Origin: Ministeria vibrans ATCC 50519
Taxonomy: Eukaryota; Protista; Filasterea
DNA: 64,000 bases
Reading direction: 5' to 3'
Assembly (NCBI GenBank): GCA_943704425.1
Contig: CALSCP010000945.1
Coordinates: 11,909 to 75,908 of the forward strand
Below, piece by piece: positions 12,060 through 24,900 of the stretch (positions within the stretch are counted from its first letter, which is position 1; the number at the start of each line of letters is the position of its first letter). The notes below the pieces were generated by a model. It worked only from the letters and a program-made list of their open reading frames with translations, ran no database searches and was not told where the DNA came from. A program made the position numbers and the translations under genes.

Positions 12060-15000
12060 ATGGGAAACTCAGAATCAATCGTGGCAGATGGCAACATCGC
12101 GGCGACGGATGCCAGCGTGCCCTCTGTGACCAATCTCGTTGAAGCCAATGCTGAAATTCAGCGACTGGTCGACCAGACGGGATTCAAGGTCGACCAGGAC
12201 GGCTGCTACCAAGTGAGCCCTGCACTGACTGCTCGCGACGCCAACACGACTCTCGCCGTGCTTAGAGGAATTCTCCAGCAAGTTCGTCAAAAAAAAAAAA
12301 AAATGAAGCAACGTTTTTCTTTCTTGTGCTGACACGACACTTTGCGACAGCTTAAAGTACTCGCGCCTGCACCCACTGCCGCGGACAACAAAGAGGCGAG
12401 CAGTAGTCGCGAAGAGCTGCTCAATGCTTACCGTCGATCGTTTGTGGACGCACAGCACTTGGGCGGCGTCCTCTACCTGCGAATCGTCAAGCGTGTGCCG
12501 GTACGGTGCACTATCCGAGCACACGCACACACACTCAGCAGTGGCACACACCACAGTCACACACACACACACACATACACGGCAATGTCACACACACACA
12601 CACACACACATACACAGCAATGTCACAACAGCAATGTCACACACACACACATACACGGCAATGTCACACACACACACACACACACATACACAGCAATGTC
12701 ACAACAGCAATGTCACACACACCACAGTCACACACACACACACACACAAGTCACAAAGACACATACATACACACAAATTTGCTCTCATTCCTTTCCCTTC
12801 TCAATCTATCCCCCTCAAAATAAGTAGGCAGCTCAGAAGAAGAAGGCGAGCTTCTCGGCAATGCAGGTGCTGCAGCGTGCCTTCACTATGGCCAACCGAA
12901 ACGCATCTCTGTCAGCCTCGATTCCTTCAGAGGTGATGCTCTCCATCGCTTCAGGCCTTTCATACGCTACCCATGTGGTGGCCATGACCACGCCGGCAAC
13001 CGACCCAGAGATGCGTCGCGAGTACTTCTCCAAGGCCCTCGAGTACGCTCGTCTGGCTCTGTCACTCGCCTCCTCCATTGCACCCACCTGTGTCGCCCAT
13101 GCCCATTTGTACCTTGGAGACCTCCTTCAAAGCTACGTGGTGCCCGTTGAATTGATACCCGATGCACTCAGCGACGCGCTCGGCCACTACCAGCGAGCAC
13201 TCGACTACTTTACGCGACGCAATGATATCGCCACCTGGCTCAACATCCACTTGGCCATGGCGGCCATCTACATTCGTGATCAGCTTGCAGGCGATCTTGA
13301 AGAGAAACTCGCGCTGTCGCATGGTCATCTGACTGTCGGGCTGGCCACGGCGCAGCGCCATGGTTTCCTGCGCACCTACGCCGACCTGCAAAACAACATT
13401 GCGACCAACCACCTGCAGTCGCACATGAACGAGCCGAACCTCGAACGCCGCCTGGCACTCGTCGAAGAGGCCATCGAGCGCATGCAAGAGAGTCTCAAGG
13501 CCGATCTGGCCGCCGACGAGGCGCCCCGCGAAGCCGTCACCGACACATCTCAGGCGCCCGCCACGTTCACTTCAGTCGGCATCAACGCGTCGCCAGGCGT
13601 CCGCGTAGGCTTCACCTACTCCAACCTGGGCGTCGCCATGGTCATGCTTGCCGAGGCTCTCAGGCTCGTCGGTCGTGTTACCGATCACCGCATCTTCTTT
13701 CGCGCCGCCTTGTACCAGCAGCGGGCTCTCGCCGTGCACATTGCCGAACGTCACTCACCGACAACCACGCTCAACAACCTCACAAATGCACTCCTTCCCG
13801 TTCCCCGCGCTCCCTTTGTTGCCGAGCGTGCCCTGCTCTTCTCGCAGGCCGCCAATGTTTGCTGTCACGGCTCTTTCCTCAGTGTCGGCGGCGACATTAC
13901 CGCCAGCCCCGGTCGCGTTGCTCTCCTCGCCGCCGGTGGCGCAGGCATGCCCGCGCCATGCTCTCCCGCCCTTCTCACCGCCGCTCTTCGCTATTGGGTT
14001 GACGACTCCTCTGAAGACTCCACCACCACTGCCACGACGACTACTAAAACTTCAACTTCTCATACTCTTCCTTCCACCCCGCGTCTCGTTCATTGCTCCG
14101 CCTCATCGTACACCTACGACATTCCCAATGTCGGTCTGCTCCGTCTCACCCCCCTCTCGCGACAGTTTCCACTTCAAATCGACGAAGAACTTCAATTCCG
14201 TTTGTTCTTGGCCGCCCAGTCTCCCTCCTCCTCCGTCACACCCGTCATTCCACCGCGCTTCTCTAGACAGGGCGACAATCTCTACGTTGTCATTGCGCAC
14301 GATCCATCCGAAGACAGCTGCAACGAAGACAGCGACGAAGGTTCGCTCGAGAGTGACCAAGAAGAGGAGGATGATGATGAAGAAGAAGAAGAAGGGAATG
14401 AAGATGATGAGAAAGTCGGAGAAGAAGGAGAAGAAGAAGGGAATGAGGATGATGGAAAAGTCGGGGAGGAAGAGGGTGCGAATGGAAGCAAGAGACAGTC
14501 CCACGAGGTGTTTGTGGTGGGCCCTCGACCGCCGCCTATGTCTCAGCCCATGGAGGCTGCTAAACAGTTTGCGCGTCATTTGCGATGTGATCCGGGCTCC
14601 CACGTGGTTCTGGCGAGCGCCATCGAAGTAGCTCTGCGCGACGAGTACAAGAGCGTACTCAATGCCGACGGTGACGCAACGTCCGCGAGTCAACGACTTC
14701 TTGGTTCGCCTCTGCAAGTGTGGACCGCGTGCATGTTTGAGCACCCACCGGCCAGCCACCATCACGTTCAGGTGTTGTCTCAGGCGACAAGCAGTAGCGA
14801 CGTGATTGGCCTGTGGGCCGGTGCGCTGGCCCGTCTCCACGCCGCCTCTGCCTCCGCCACGGTACATGTCACTCCAGCCATTGGTAATGGTTCGCAATTC
14901 TCCCCAAGGAATCTACCCCCTGCCGCTGACGATGTCACCACTCCATCAACCGAAACACCACCACCCCTTTTCGACACATCGACCGACATTGGCACGGACG

Positions 15001-15716
15001 ATTGTCCTCCCTCGCTGACACTCGTCGACAGTCCCGTGATTTACCTTCCGTCTGGCTCGACCGACAATAGCGCGTCGACAAAGACCATTCCGCCCATTGT
15101 GGACTTTGTGGAGACTGTGACGCGCTTTCGCAACGTGTGGTACACAGCGCACGAGCCACTCTTGCGTCGTGCACCCAGCAAATCGCCTAACGGCTCCTTC
15201 ACCGCCGGCGACTGGCTCATTCTTGCCGCACCTGCTGCGCTGCAGAGACTTTCTGTGGAAGCACGCGAGTCGCTGTTGGACTCTCTCCGCTGGGGTCTAT
15301 CGCTCCAGCCAACGCGCGCCACCTGTGGTCTCATCCACGGCAACCCACTGCCTCACGCCTTCACTCTCTCCGAGACGGACCACACACTCTGTTGGGGCTC
15401 GCTCGAAGATCTCCATGTTGGCTTCTACCTCTACGACATCTCCATTGTTCTTTTCGACGCCATCTACCTTCTCGACGAGGCGGAAGCCGCCGAATTTCGC
15501 ACATCCTTTTTGGCCGCCTACTCGGCGGTCTCCGGCCAACAGATCAACACGGAACTTCTCGAGCGCTTTCTTCGTCTCCGCCGCTCCGTCCTTCTTCTCT
15601 ACGCCCTCTACGTCCTGAGTTTCCCCGATTCCTTTGACGACGCTACTCAACACGCCTGCGATCAACTCGTCACCACCACCAGCAAATCCACAGAATTGAC
15701 TGTGTCTGTCCCCTGA
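12060..15716 (+). CDS. Putatively N-myristoylated protein with TPR-like helical region and C-terminal APH/choline-kinase-like (probably pseudo-catalytic) domain
   Basis: Starts MGNSES; introns ~12282-12350 and 12501-12827; TPR-like helices (ALGHYQRALDYF, TYSNLGVA); LARLH..GLIHGNPLPHAF..SLEDLHVGFYLYDISIVL near the C-terminus. Confidence 0.6.
12545..12775. repeat. Intronic (CA)n-interspersed minisatellite (unit CAGCAATGTCACA)
   Basis: Repeated 'gcaatgtcaca' cores separated by CA runs. Confidence 0.85.
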
Positions 15717-15953
15717 AGAATTAAACTCGAACATCCAAAAAGAATTTGGTCCACCTTATGGACCACTTGAACTCATTTGTACACCAACCACCGTTATAAA
15801 CCCCCTCGTTATATACACTCAGCTCAGTTGTCACAATGACCGCCACTCAGTGTCACAATGGCTTATTACTTTTTTAAAAATAGAGGAAAATTTAAAAAAA
15901 ATTTAAATTTTTAAACACTTTTATTCATCGTATCCATCCTTTGTAGTAGCACT

Positions 15954-18900
15954 ATGCGACGAGAGATTTTGTCTCTTGCCCTCGTGGCGTGCTGCCTCAT
16001 CTCGTGGACACAGGGAGCAGTTCTCCCCAACGCTGCGACTTTGTTTCGCGATTCTCCTACCGCTCATCAGGTACCCTCTCCTCCTCGCTTTCACCAGCTT
16101 AGCCCATTGTCTGTATCTTCCCGCCCCTCTCGTTTGCCTCTGACCCCAAGCGGCTCCACGCTCTCTCTTTTTTTTGCCGTCGGACGCTTTTTTTTTTCTG
16201 TTCAAATCTCCCTCTCATCGACAGTCGCAAATCATGCGCCTATGGCCTCTTGCCAAGAGCCCAGTCGCCTTTGCTTGAACTCAATAGAAGCACCACACGC
16301 GTGTCAGCTTGCATTCCTACAAAGATATTCTTTCTTTTTCTTTTTTTTTTTTTTTATGAATCCATCTCACTTGTTCGCTTCGCTTCTGCTTCCCTCTCCA
16401 CGTGCCTCCCATGTCCTGTTGTTGCTTGCCTCCGTGCCTTTCCACCCGGCGCACCCTGTTCCATCGTCTTGGTCGCATCCCCTCGCATGATTCATGCCGT
16501 GGAAGCCGTCTCTGCCGTTTGGCCGTGTCTTTTTTTCACAACACGAGCAGAAAAAAAAAAAAAAAAAAAAAAAGACACTGATGAGCGTAACTGCGAAAAT
16601 CCGCTCGATCGTGTCGCCCATATGCTGCCCTTGTCCACCGACCTTGCAATTGTGTGGATGGTATTGTATTTGAGTTGGGAATATGCTGAGAGGTTCTTTT
16701 TTTTTTGAAAAGGGAAAGAAAAAAAAAACGGTCTCTGCTTTTTTTTTTTCTCTCCCTCTCTCCTCGAGCCTTGTGTTGCCTCAATCTCACAACCCTTCCA
16801 TGTTTGCCGGTTACATTTCAATGATTCAGTGTTCATTTGATTTGCTTGTTGATTGACAGCCCTTTTTTCCCTCTAATTTTTTTTTCTAACGTCCTTTGCG
16901 TCTCCTCTCCTCTCCTCTCCTCTCCTCTCCTCTTCTCTGCGACTCACACCCACTTTCGCCGTCCTTTACAGCGTCAACGCCGCGACAATACGTGTCCCGG
17001 CACAGGGTGCGCCAACGGCGGAACATGCAATGGCAACACTTGCGAGTGTTCCGTTGGGTACGGTGGCAACGTGTGCGACACCTTTGTAGGCTCGTGCAAC
17101 GCGTCGCCATGCCAGAATGGCGGTACCTGCAGTGGTTCGGACGCGGCAGTCCTCTTCCAGAATGACGCTACGGATTTCTCCGACTTTAACGAGGTTCGTG
17201 GTGTGAGCTGTGGCGTCGAGTCACACACATTTGCCAACCGTCTCTTCCGCATCTACGAGCCCTGTGGCGACGCCAGCTACTCCGGCTCCTCGATTGATAT
17301 TTCTCATATCGAATTTGGAATCCAAAGCATGGATGGTGACGTGTCCGGCAAGTCGCTCACGCTGCGCCTTTCGTCCATTTCCTCTGGCAACGTCGCCAGC
17401 CCAGCCTTGTCACACCTCTCGACCCTTGCGACCACCACCGTGTCGCTGAGTACGCTTCAGACTGCCTACAACGTCGGTAAACAGTACCACTCGACGGCTT
17501 TTACCACTCCCGTGACAGTCACATGTGGCGATTATGTTGTGGCCGAGCTGAGCAGCCCCACGCTTGCCGGCAAGAATGCCCACGTTTTCTTTTCCATCAA
17601 CGGTGCGGCGAACAGCGAGAGCGGTGTGTCCTACATCTCCGCCGAACCGTGCACGCAGACCGGAAAGGACCTGCTCACTCCCATCACCTCCACCTTCCCC
17701 AACCTTGGTGACGCCATTGTCATCAATCTTCGCCTCGACATCGACTCCGCCACCGACTGTACCTGCACCACAGGTCTCACTGGTGATCGATGCGAGACTA
17801 ACATTGACGACTGTGCCTCGAACCCGTGCGAGAACGGCGCCACGTGCAACGACGGTGTCACCTCGTACACTTGTAATTGTGCCGCCGGCTTTACTGGCAC
17901 TCATTGCGAGAACGATATTGACGACTGTGCCTCAAACCCTTGCGAGAGCGGTGCCACCTGCAACGACGGTGTCACCTCGTACACTTGTGACTGTGCCGCT
18001 GGATACAACGGCGACAACTGCGAGAACAACATTGACGACTGTGCCTCGAACCCGTGCGAGAGCGGTGCGACCTGCAACGACGGTATTACCTCGTACACTT
18101 GTGATTGTGCCGCTGGATACAACGGCGACAACTGCGAGAACAACATTGACGACTGCGCCTCGAACCCGTGCGAGAGCGGCGGCACCTGCAACGACGGTGT
18201 CACCTCGTACACTTGTGATTGTGTTGCCGGATACAACGGCGACAACTGCGAGAACAACATTGACGACTGTGCCTCGAACCCGTGCGAGAGCGGTGCGACC
18301 TGCAACGACGGTATCACCTCGTACACTTGTGATTGTGCCGCTGGATACAACGGCGACAACTGCGAGAACAACATTGACGACTGTGCCTCGAACCCGTGCG
18401 AGAGCGGCGGCACCTGCAACGACGGTGTCACCTCGTACACTTGTGACTGTGCCGCTGGATACAACGGCGACAACTGCGAGAACAACATTGACGACTGTGC
18501 CTCGAACCCGTGCGAGAACGGTGCCACCTGCAACGACGGTGTCACCTCGTACACGTGCGACTGCATGGCTGGATACAACGGTGACAACTGCGAGAACAAC
18601 ATTGACGACTGTGCTTCGAACCCGTGCGAGAACGGTGCCACCTGCAACGACGGTATCACTTCGTACACGTGCGACTGCATGGCTGGATACAACGGCGACA
18701 ACTGCGAGAACGACATTGACGACTGTGCCTCGAACCCGTGCGAGAACGGTGGTACCTGCAACGACGGTATCACCTCGTACACGTGTGACTGTGTTGCNNN
18801 NNNNNNNNNNNNNNNNNNNNNNNNNNNNNNNNNNNNNNNNNNNNNNNNNNNNNNNNNNNNNNNNNNNNNNNNNNNNNNNNNNNNNNNNNNNNNNNNNNNN

Positions 18901-21900
18901 NNNNNNNNNNNNNNNNNNNNNNNNNNNNNNNNNNNNNNNNNNNNNNNNNNNNNNNNNNNNNNNNNNNNNNNNNNNNNNNNNNNNNNNNNNNNNNNNNNNN
19001 NNNNNNNNNNNNNNNNNNNNNNNNNNNNNNNNNNNNNNNNNNNNNNNNNNNNNNNNNNNNNNNNNNNNNNNNNNNNNNNNNNNNNNNNNNNNNNNNNNNN
19101 NNNNNNNNNNNNNNNNNNNNNNNNNNNNNNNNNNNNNNNNNNNNNNNNNNNNNNNNNNNNNNNNNNNNNNNNNNNNNNNNNNNNNNNNNNNNNNNNNNNN
19201 NNNNNNNNNNNNNNNNNNNNNNNNNNNNNNNNNNNNNNNNNNNNNNNNNNNNNNNNNNGATACAACGGCGACAACTGCGAGAACGACATTGACGACTGTG
19301 CCTCGAACCCGTGCGAGAACGGTGGTACCTGCAACGACGGTATCACCTCGTACACGTGTGACTGTGTTGTCGGCTTCAACGGCGACAACTGCGAGAACGA
19401 CATTGACGAGGTATTCTATTAATAACAGTTTTTCTCTTACCTCCTTAACTTTTGTTTGTTTGTAATAGTGCGCCTCTAATCCTTGCCAAAACGGAGGCAC
19501 GTGCGGCCAAGGCAAGCAGGTCACACTGACGGCTCGCCAGGACCTCGCGTCGTCATTGACTTTGTTGGTTCCTATCTCCGGCGCTCCTGGCGTCGGCGGC
19601 GGCACCATCGAAATTACCACGCGAGGCGACATCAGCCAGCTTAACGAATTCTTCACCGTCAGCGGCGGTAGCTCCTACTCGCAAAAATTCTTCAACTCGG
19701 TGTTCACTCAGGACTGCCTTGTTGAGACCGAGAAGTACTCTTTTACCCAGGCCAACTTTTTGGACGTTCTCAACAACGGCAACCTCGACTTTACCGTCAC
19801 ACTCTCAGCTGATTTTGATCTGACTGTCTTCTGCGGCACCCAAGGCGACTTGATTGACTATGTTATCAAGTACGACGCTGTCGTGCCCGACCATTACATG
19901 TGTACTTGTCCCGCAGGCTTCACTGGCACGCACTGCGAGCAAAACATCAACGAGGTATGCTTGTTCTGTTATTTTAATAATAATATTAATTAATATGTGT
20001 GTAGTGCGCTTCGCAACCGTGCATGAATGGTGCGACCTGCAACGACGGGAGTGCCCAGTATTCTTGCACGTGTGTGGACGGCTTTGTTGGAGATAACTGT
20101 GAGAGTGAAGTGGACGAGGTACGAATCCAAACAGGTTAATGCAACATAAAAAATTCAACCGTGCTGTTGTTGTTTTTTTTTTTCCTCTTGTTTATAGTGC
20201 GCCTCAAATCCCTGCGAGAATGGCGGTACTTGCAAAGATCTTGTCAATGCCTTTGAGTGCATCTGCTCCAACCCCTACGGTGGTGAGACGTGCGAGCTTC
20301 AGCGTGGACCTGATCCCTGCTTGTCGAGCCCATGCTCCAACGCCGCCACTTGCCATGTTCCGCGCCTTCCCACTGGCATGATGGCCATTGAGGAGTTTAA
20401 CGAGTTTGCCATCAGCAACCCCAACATCAACGTCGGCATGCAGCAGATTGGCTGGCGCTTTCAAGTGCTCCAGACCATCTCCATCACGTCGCTTGGCTTC
20501 CTCGATATCGCTGCTATGCTAGGCCAAGGCGTCCTCCAGGACACACACCGCGTTGCCATCTACGACCACTCGGGTAACACGCCGACGCTTCACGCCGAAG
20601 GGATTATCGACTCGACTACACCACTCGACCAGACTAACTGGGTCCGCTACACCGACCTGGTCTTTGGCACGCTCGTGCTCACCCCGGGAATTTACGTCCT
20701 TCAGGGCTTCATTCCTAGTCCTCGTGACCGCTACTTCGTCAGTGGCTACAACCTCACCACAAGTGCGGGTATTAACTGGACTGGTCGCTGTCAGTGTGTC
20801 GATTCCTACGGTACGGACGCCTGCAACGACTGCTCCACCGAGACTGTTGGTCGCTACGGCCCCGACTTTACTTACCAAATGGGTGATGCTTTCTCGTTCG
20901 AGTGTTCCTGCCACGCCGGCTTCGAAGGAACTCAATGTGAGACTGATACCAACGAGGTATGTGGGGAAAAAACAAAACAAAAAGAGTTCATACTTTGCCT
21001 CATTCTCTTCCCCCTTCTTTTTTTTTAAAGTGTGACTCAATCCCGTGCCAAAACAGCGGTACATGCGACCAAGGCAACTCGCCCGACTTTGTTCAGTGCA
21101 CTTGCGTGACGGGCTTCACCGGTCAGTGGTGCGAGACCAACATGGACGACTGTGTCTCCAACCCGTGCGAGAACGCGGGCACCTGCAACGACGGTGTCGC
21201 TTCGTACACTTGTTCGTGTGTGACCGGTTTTACCGGCGCCCATTGCGAGACGGACATCAACGAAGTACCGCGAAAGAAAGAAAAAAAAGCACAAACACAC
21301 TCTCACACGCCGCACGTGTTCTTTTTCTATAGTGTCTCTCGTTCCCTTGCGCGAACGGTGCCACATGCGTCGAAGATTCGTCGCCTGATCTGTACAGCTG
21401 CTCGTGTATGGCCGGCTACACCGGTGACCATTGCGAGTCGGACATTGATGAGTGCGCTTCGGTCCCCTGCGAAAACGGCGGCACCTGCGTCACCAACATT
21501 TTCATTAGTCAGAACAACATCATCGTCAACCTGGATCAGTTCACTTGCCTGTGCCCCCTTGGCTACACTGGCGATCAGTGTGAGACAGATATTGACGAGT
21601 GTGCGTCGAGTCCGTGCCAGAACGGTGGTGTGTGCAGCGAGGGAAACCAGGCCAACTTCTACATGTGCGACTGCCCCGTTGGCTGGACCGGTACCCAGTG
21701 TGAATCCGTCTACGGTACGGACACGTGCCTCTCGTCCCCCTGTACCAACGGAGGTACCTGCAACGTGCCCGGCCCCAACCCGCCGCCGGAGTACGAGGCC
21801 GTCACCAGCTTTGGCAACTCGCTTCTGAGCAGCGACACGGGAGACCGTGTCATCGGCTACAAGTTTACCGTCAGCCAGACTGTCTCCATCACCAAGCTGG

Positions 21901-24900
21901 GTCTGTTCAAGAGCCAGGCTGCCTTCAACCAGGATCACGTCGTCCAGGTGTACTCGTCGAGTGGCACACTCTACGCGCGTGCCCTCGTCACCGAGTCAAA
22001 CTCGCAGCACAACGGTGACAACTTCTACTACACCGAACTCATCTGGGGCACGCTTGTGTTGCAGCCCGGCTCGTACCATGTGACTGCCTTCTTCGCCGAT
22101 GCTTCCATCGATAACTACTGGGTGCAAGTGCTTAATATTCAGACGCACCCGCTCATCACTTGGGACGCCCGTTGCTACTGCGCCACCACCGACCCGGAAC
22201 ACATGTGCACCAATTGCAACGCCGAGGAGATTGGCCGCTTTGGCCCCAACATCATTTTCGAGCTGGCCGATGTTTTCGACTTTACCTGCGACTGTAGCGA
22301 GACCTTCACTGGACACATGTGCGAGACTGAGCTTATTCCATGCGATTCGCAACCGTGCACCAATGGTGGTACCTGCTCCAGCTCGGGCCTCGACATCTCG
22401 TGCACCTGTGTCACGGGCTTTACTGGCTACCTGTGTGAGTCGGACATCGACGAGTGTGCTTCCAGCCCGTGCGAGAACGGCGGTTCCTGCACCGAGGAGC
22501 TCTTCATTGGCAACGGTCAGACCATCTTGAATGCCAACTTCTTCGTGTGTCTGTGCCCCGACGGCTACTCAGGAGATCAATGCGAAAGTGACATTAACGA
22601 GTGTGCCTCGAACCCATGCCAGAACGGCGCCACCTGCAACAACCTTCTTGCCGCGTACTCATGTGCCTGTAGCAGCGGCTGGACTGGCGTCGACTGCGAG
22701 AACAACTTTGACGAGTGCGCCTCGACACCGTGCGAGAACGGCGCCACCTGCAACGACCAAGTTGATGGCTACGCGTGCTCGTGCGCCGCCGGCTGGACCG
22801 ACACTCACTGCGAGACCAACATTGACGAGTGCGTTTCGACACCGTGCGAGAACGGCGCCACCTGCAACGACCAAGTTGACGGCTACACGTGCTCGTGCGC
22901 CGCCGGCTGGACCAACACCCACTGTGAGACCAACATTGACGAGTGTGCTTCGAATCCTTGCGAGAACGGCGCCACCTGCAACGACCAGGTTGACGGCTAC
23001 ACCTGCACCTGTGTCGTCGGGTGGACCGGCGCACGCTGTGAAAGTGATATTGACGAGTGTGCTTCCAGCCCGTGCGAGAACGGCGGTACCTGCACCGAGG
23101 AGCTCTTCATTGGCAACGGTCAGACCATCTTGAACATCAACTTTTTCGTGTGCCTGTGCCCCGACGGCTACTCAGGAGATCAATGCGAAAGTGACATTAA
23201 CGAGTGTGCCTCAAACCCATGCCAGAACGGCGCCACCTGCAACAACCTTCTTGCCGCGTACTCATGTGCCTGTAGCAGCGGCTGGACTGGCGTCGACTGC
23301 GAGAACAACTTTGACGAGTGCGCCTCGACACCGTGCGAGAACGGCGCCACCTGCAACGACCAAGTTGATGGCTACGCGTGCTCGTGCGCCGCCGGCTGGA
23401 CCGACACTCACTGCGAGACCAACATTGACGAGTGCGTTTCGACACCGTGCGAGAACGGCGCCACCTGCAACGACCAAGTTGACGGCTACACGTGCTCGTG
23501 CGCCGCCGGCTGGACCAACACCCACTGTGAGACCAACATTGACGAGTGTGCTTCGAACCCTTGCGAGAACGGCGCCACCTGCAACGACCAGGTTGACGGC
23601 TACACCTGCACCTGTGTCGTCGGGTGGACCGGCGCACGCTGTGAAAGTGATATTGACGAGTGTGCTTCCAGCCCGTGCGAGAACGGCGGTACCTGCACCG
23701 AGGAGCTCTTCATTGGCAACGGCCAGTCCATCTTGAACATCAACTTTTTCGTGTGTCTGTGCCCCCAAGGCTACTCTGGAGATCAATGCGAGCAAGATAT
23801 TGACGAGTGTGCCTCGAACCCATGCCAGAACGGGGCCACCTGCAACGACCACATTGCAATGTTCACATGCGACTGCGTGGTTGGATTCACCAGCGCTGAT
23901 TGTGCCGTCAACATTGATGAGTGCGTTTCGACACCGTGCGAGAACGGCGCCACCTGCAACGACCAAGTTGACGGCTACACGTGCTCGTGCGCCGCCGGCT
24001 GGACCGACACTCACTGCGAGACCAACATTGACGAGTGCGTTTCGACACCGTGCGAGAACGGCGCCACCTGCAACGACCAAGTTGACGGCTTCACGTGCTC
24101 GTGTGTCGCTGGGTTTATGGGAACGCACTGCGAGACCAACATTGACGAGTGTGCTTCAAACCCTTGCGAGAATGGTGGCACTTGCTCCGATCAGATCAAT
24201 GGCTACACCTGCACGTGTGTGGCTGGCTGGACTGGCGGCGACTGTGAGACAGACTTTGACGAGTGTGTGTCGAAGCCGTGCCAGAATGGCGGTACCTGCA
24301 CCGAGGAGCTCTTCATTGGCAACGGCCAGTCCATCATGAACATTGACTTCTTTGTGTGTGTCTGCCCCGCCGGCTTTGCTGGTGATCTGTGTGAGACGGA
24401 CGTTGACGAGTGTGCTTCGAACCCGTGCCACACTGCGGCCACATGTACCGATGCCACCAATGGCTACTCGTGTGACTGCCCCGCAGGCTTCACCGGCAGT
24501 GACTGCGCCACCGACATTGTCGAGTGCGCCTCAAACCCGTGTGAGAACGGCGCCACCTGCAACGAGGAGACGAACGGCTACACGTGCTCGTGCGCCGCCG
24601 GCTGGACCGACACTCACTGCGAGACCAACATTGACGAGTGCGTTTCGACACCGTGCGAGAACGGCGCCACCTGCAACGACCAAGTTGACGGCTACACGTG
24701 CTCGTGCGCCGCCGGCTGGACCGACACTCACTGCGAGACCAACATTGACGAGTGCGCCTCGACACCGTGCGAGAACGGCGCCACCTGCAACGACCAAGTT
24801 GACGGCTACACGTGCTCGTGCGCTGCCGGCTGGACCAGCACCCACTGTGAGACGGACATAAACGAGTGTGCCTCGATTCCGTGCCAGAACGGTGGTACCT

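Noticed and set aside
17800-19410. Regular repeats resembling a CRISPR array or satellite
   Set aside because: 114-bp in-frame coding units for EGF domains; no unique spacers and no cas genes.
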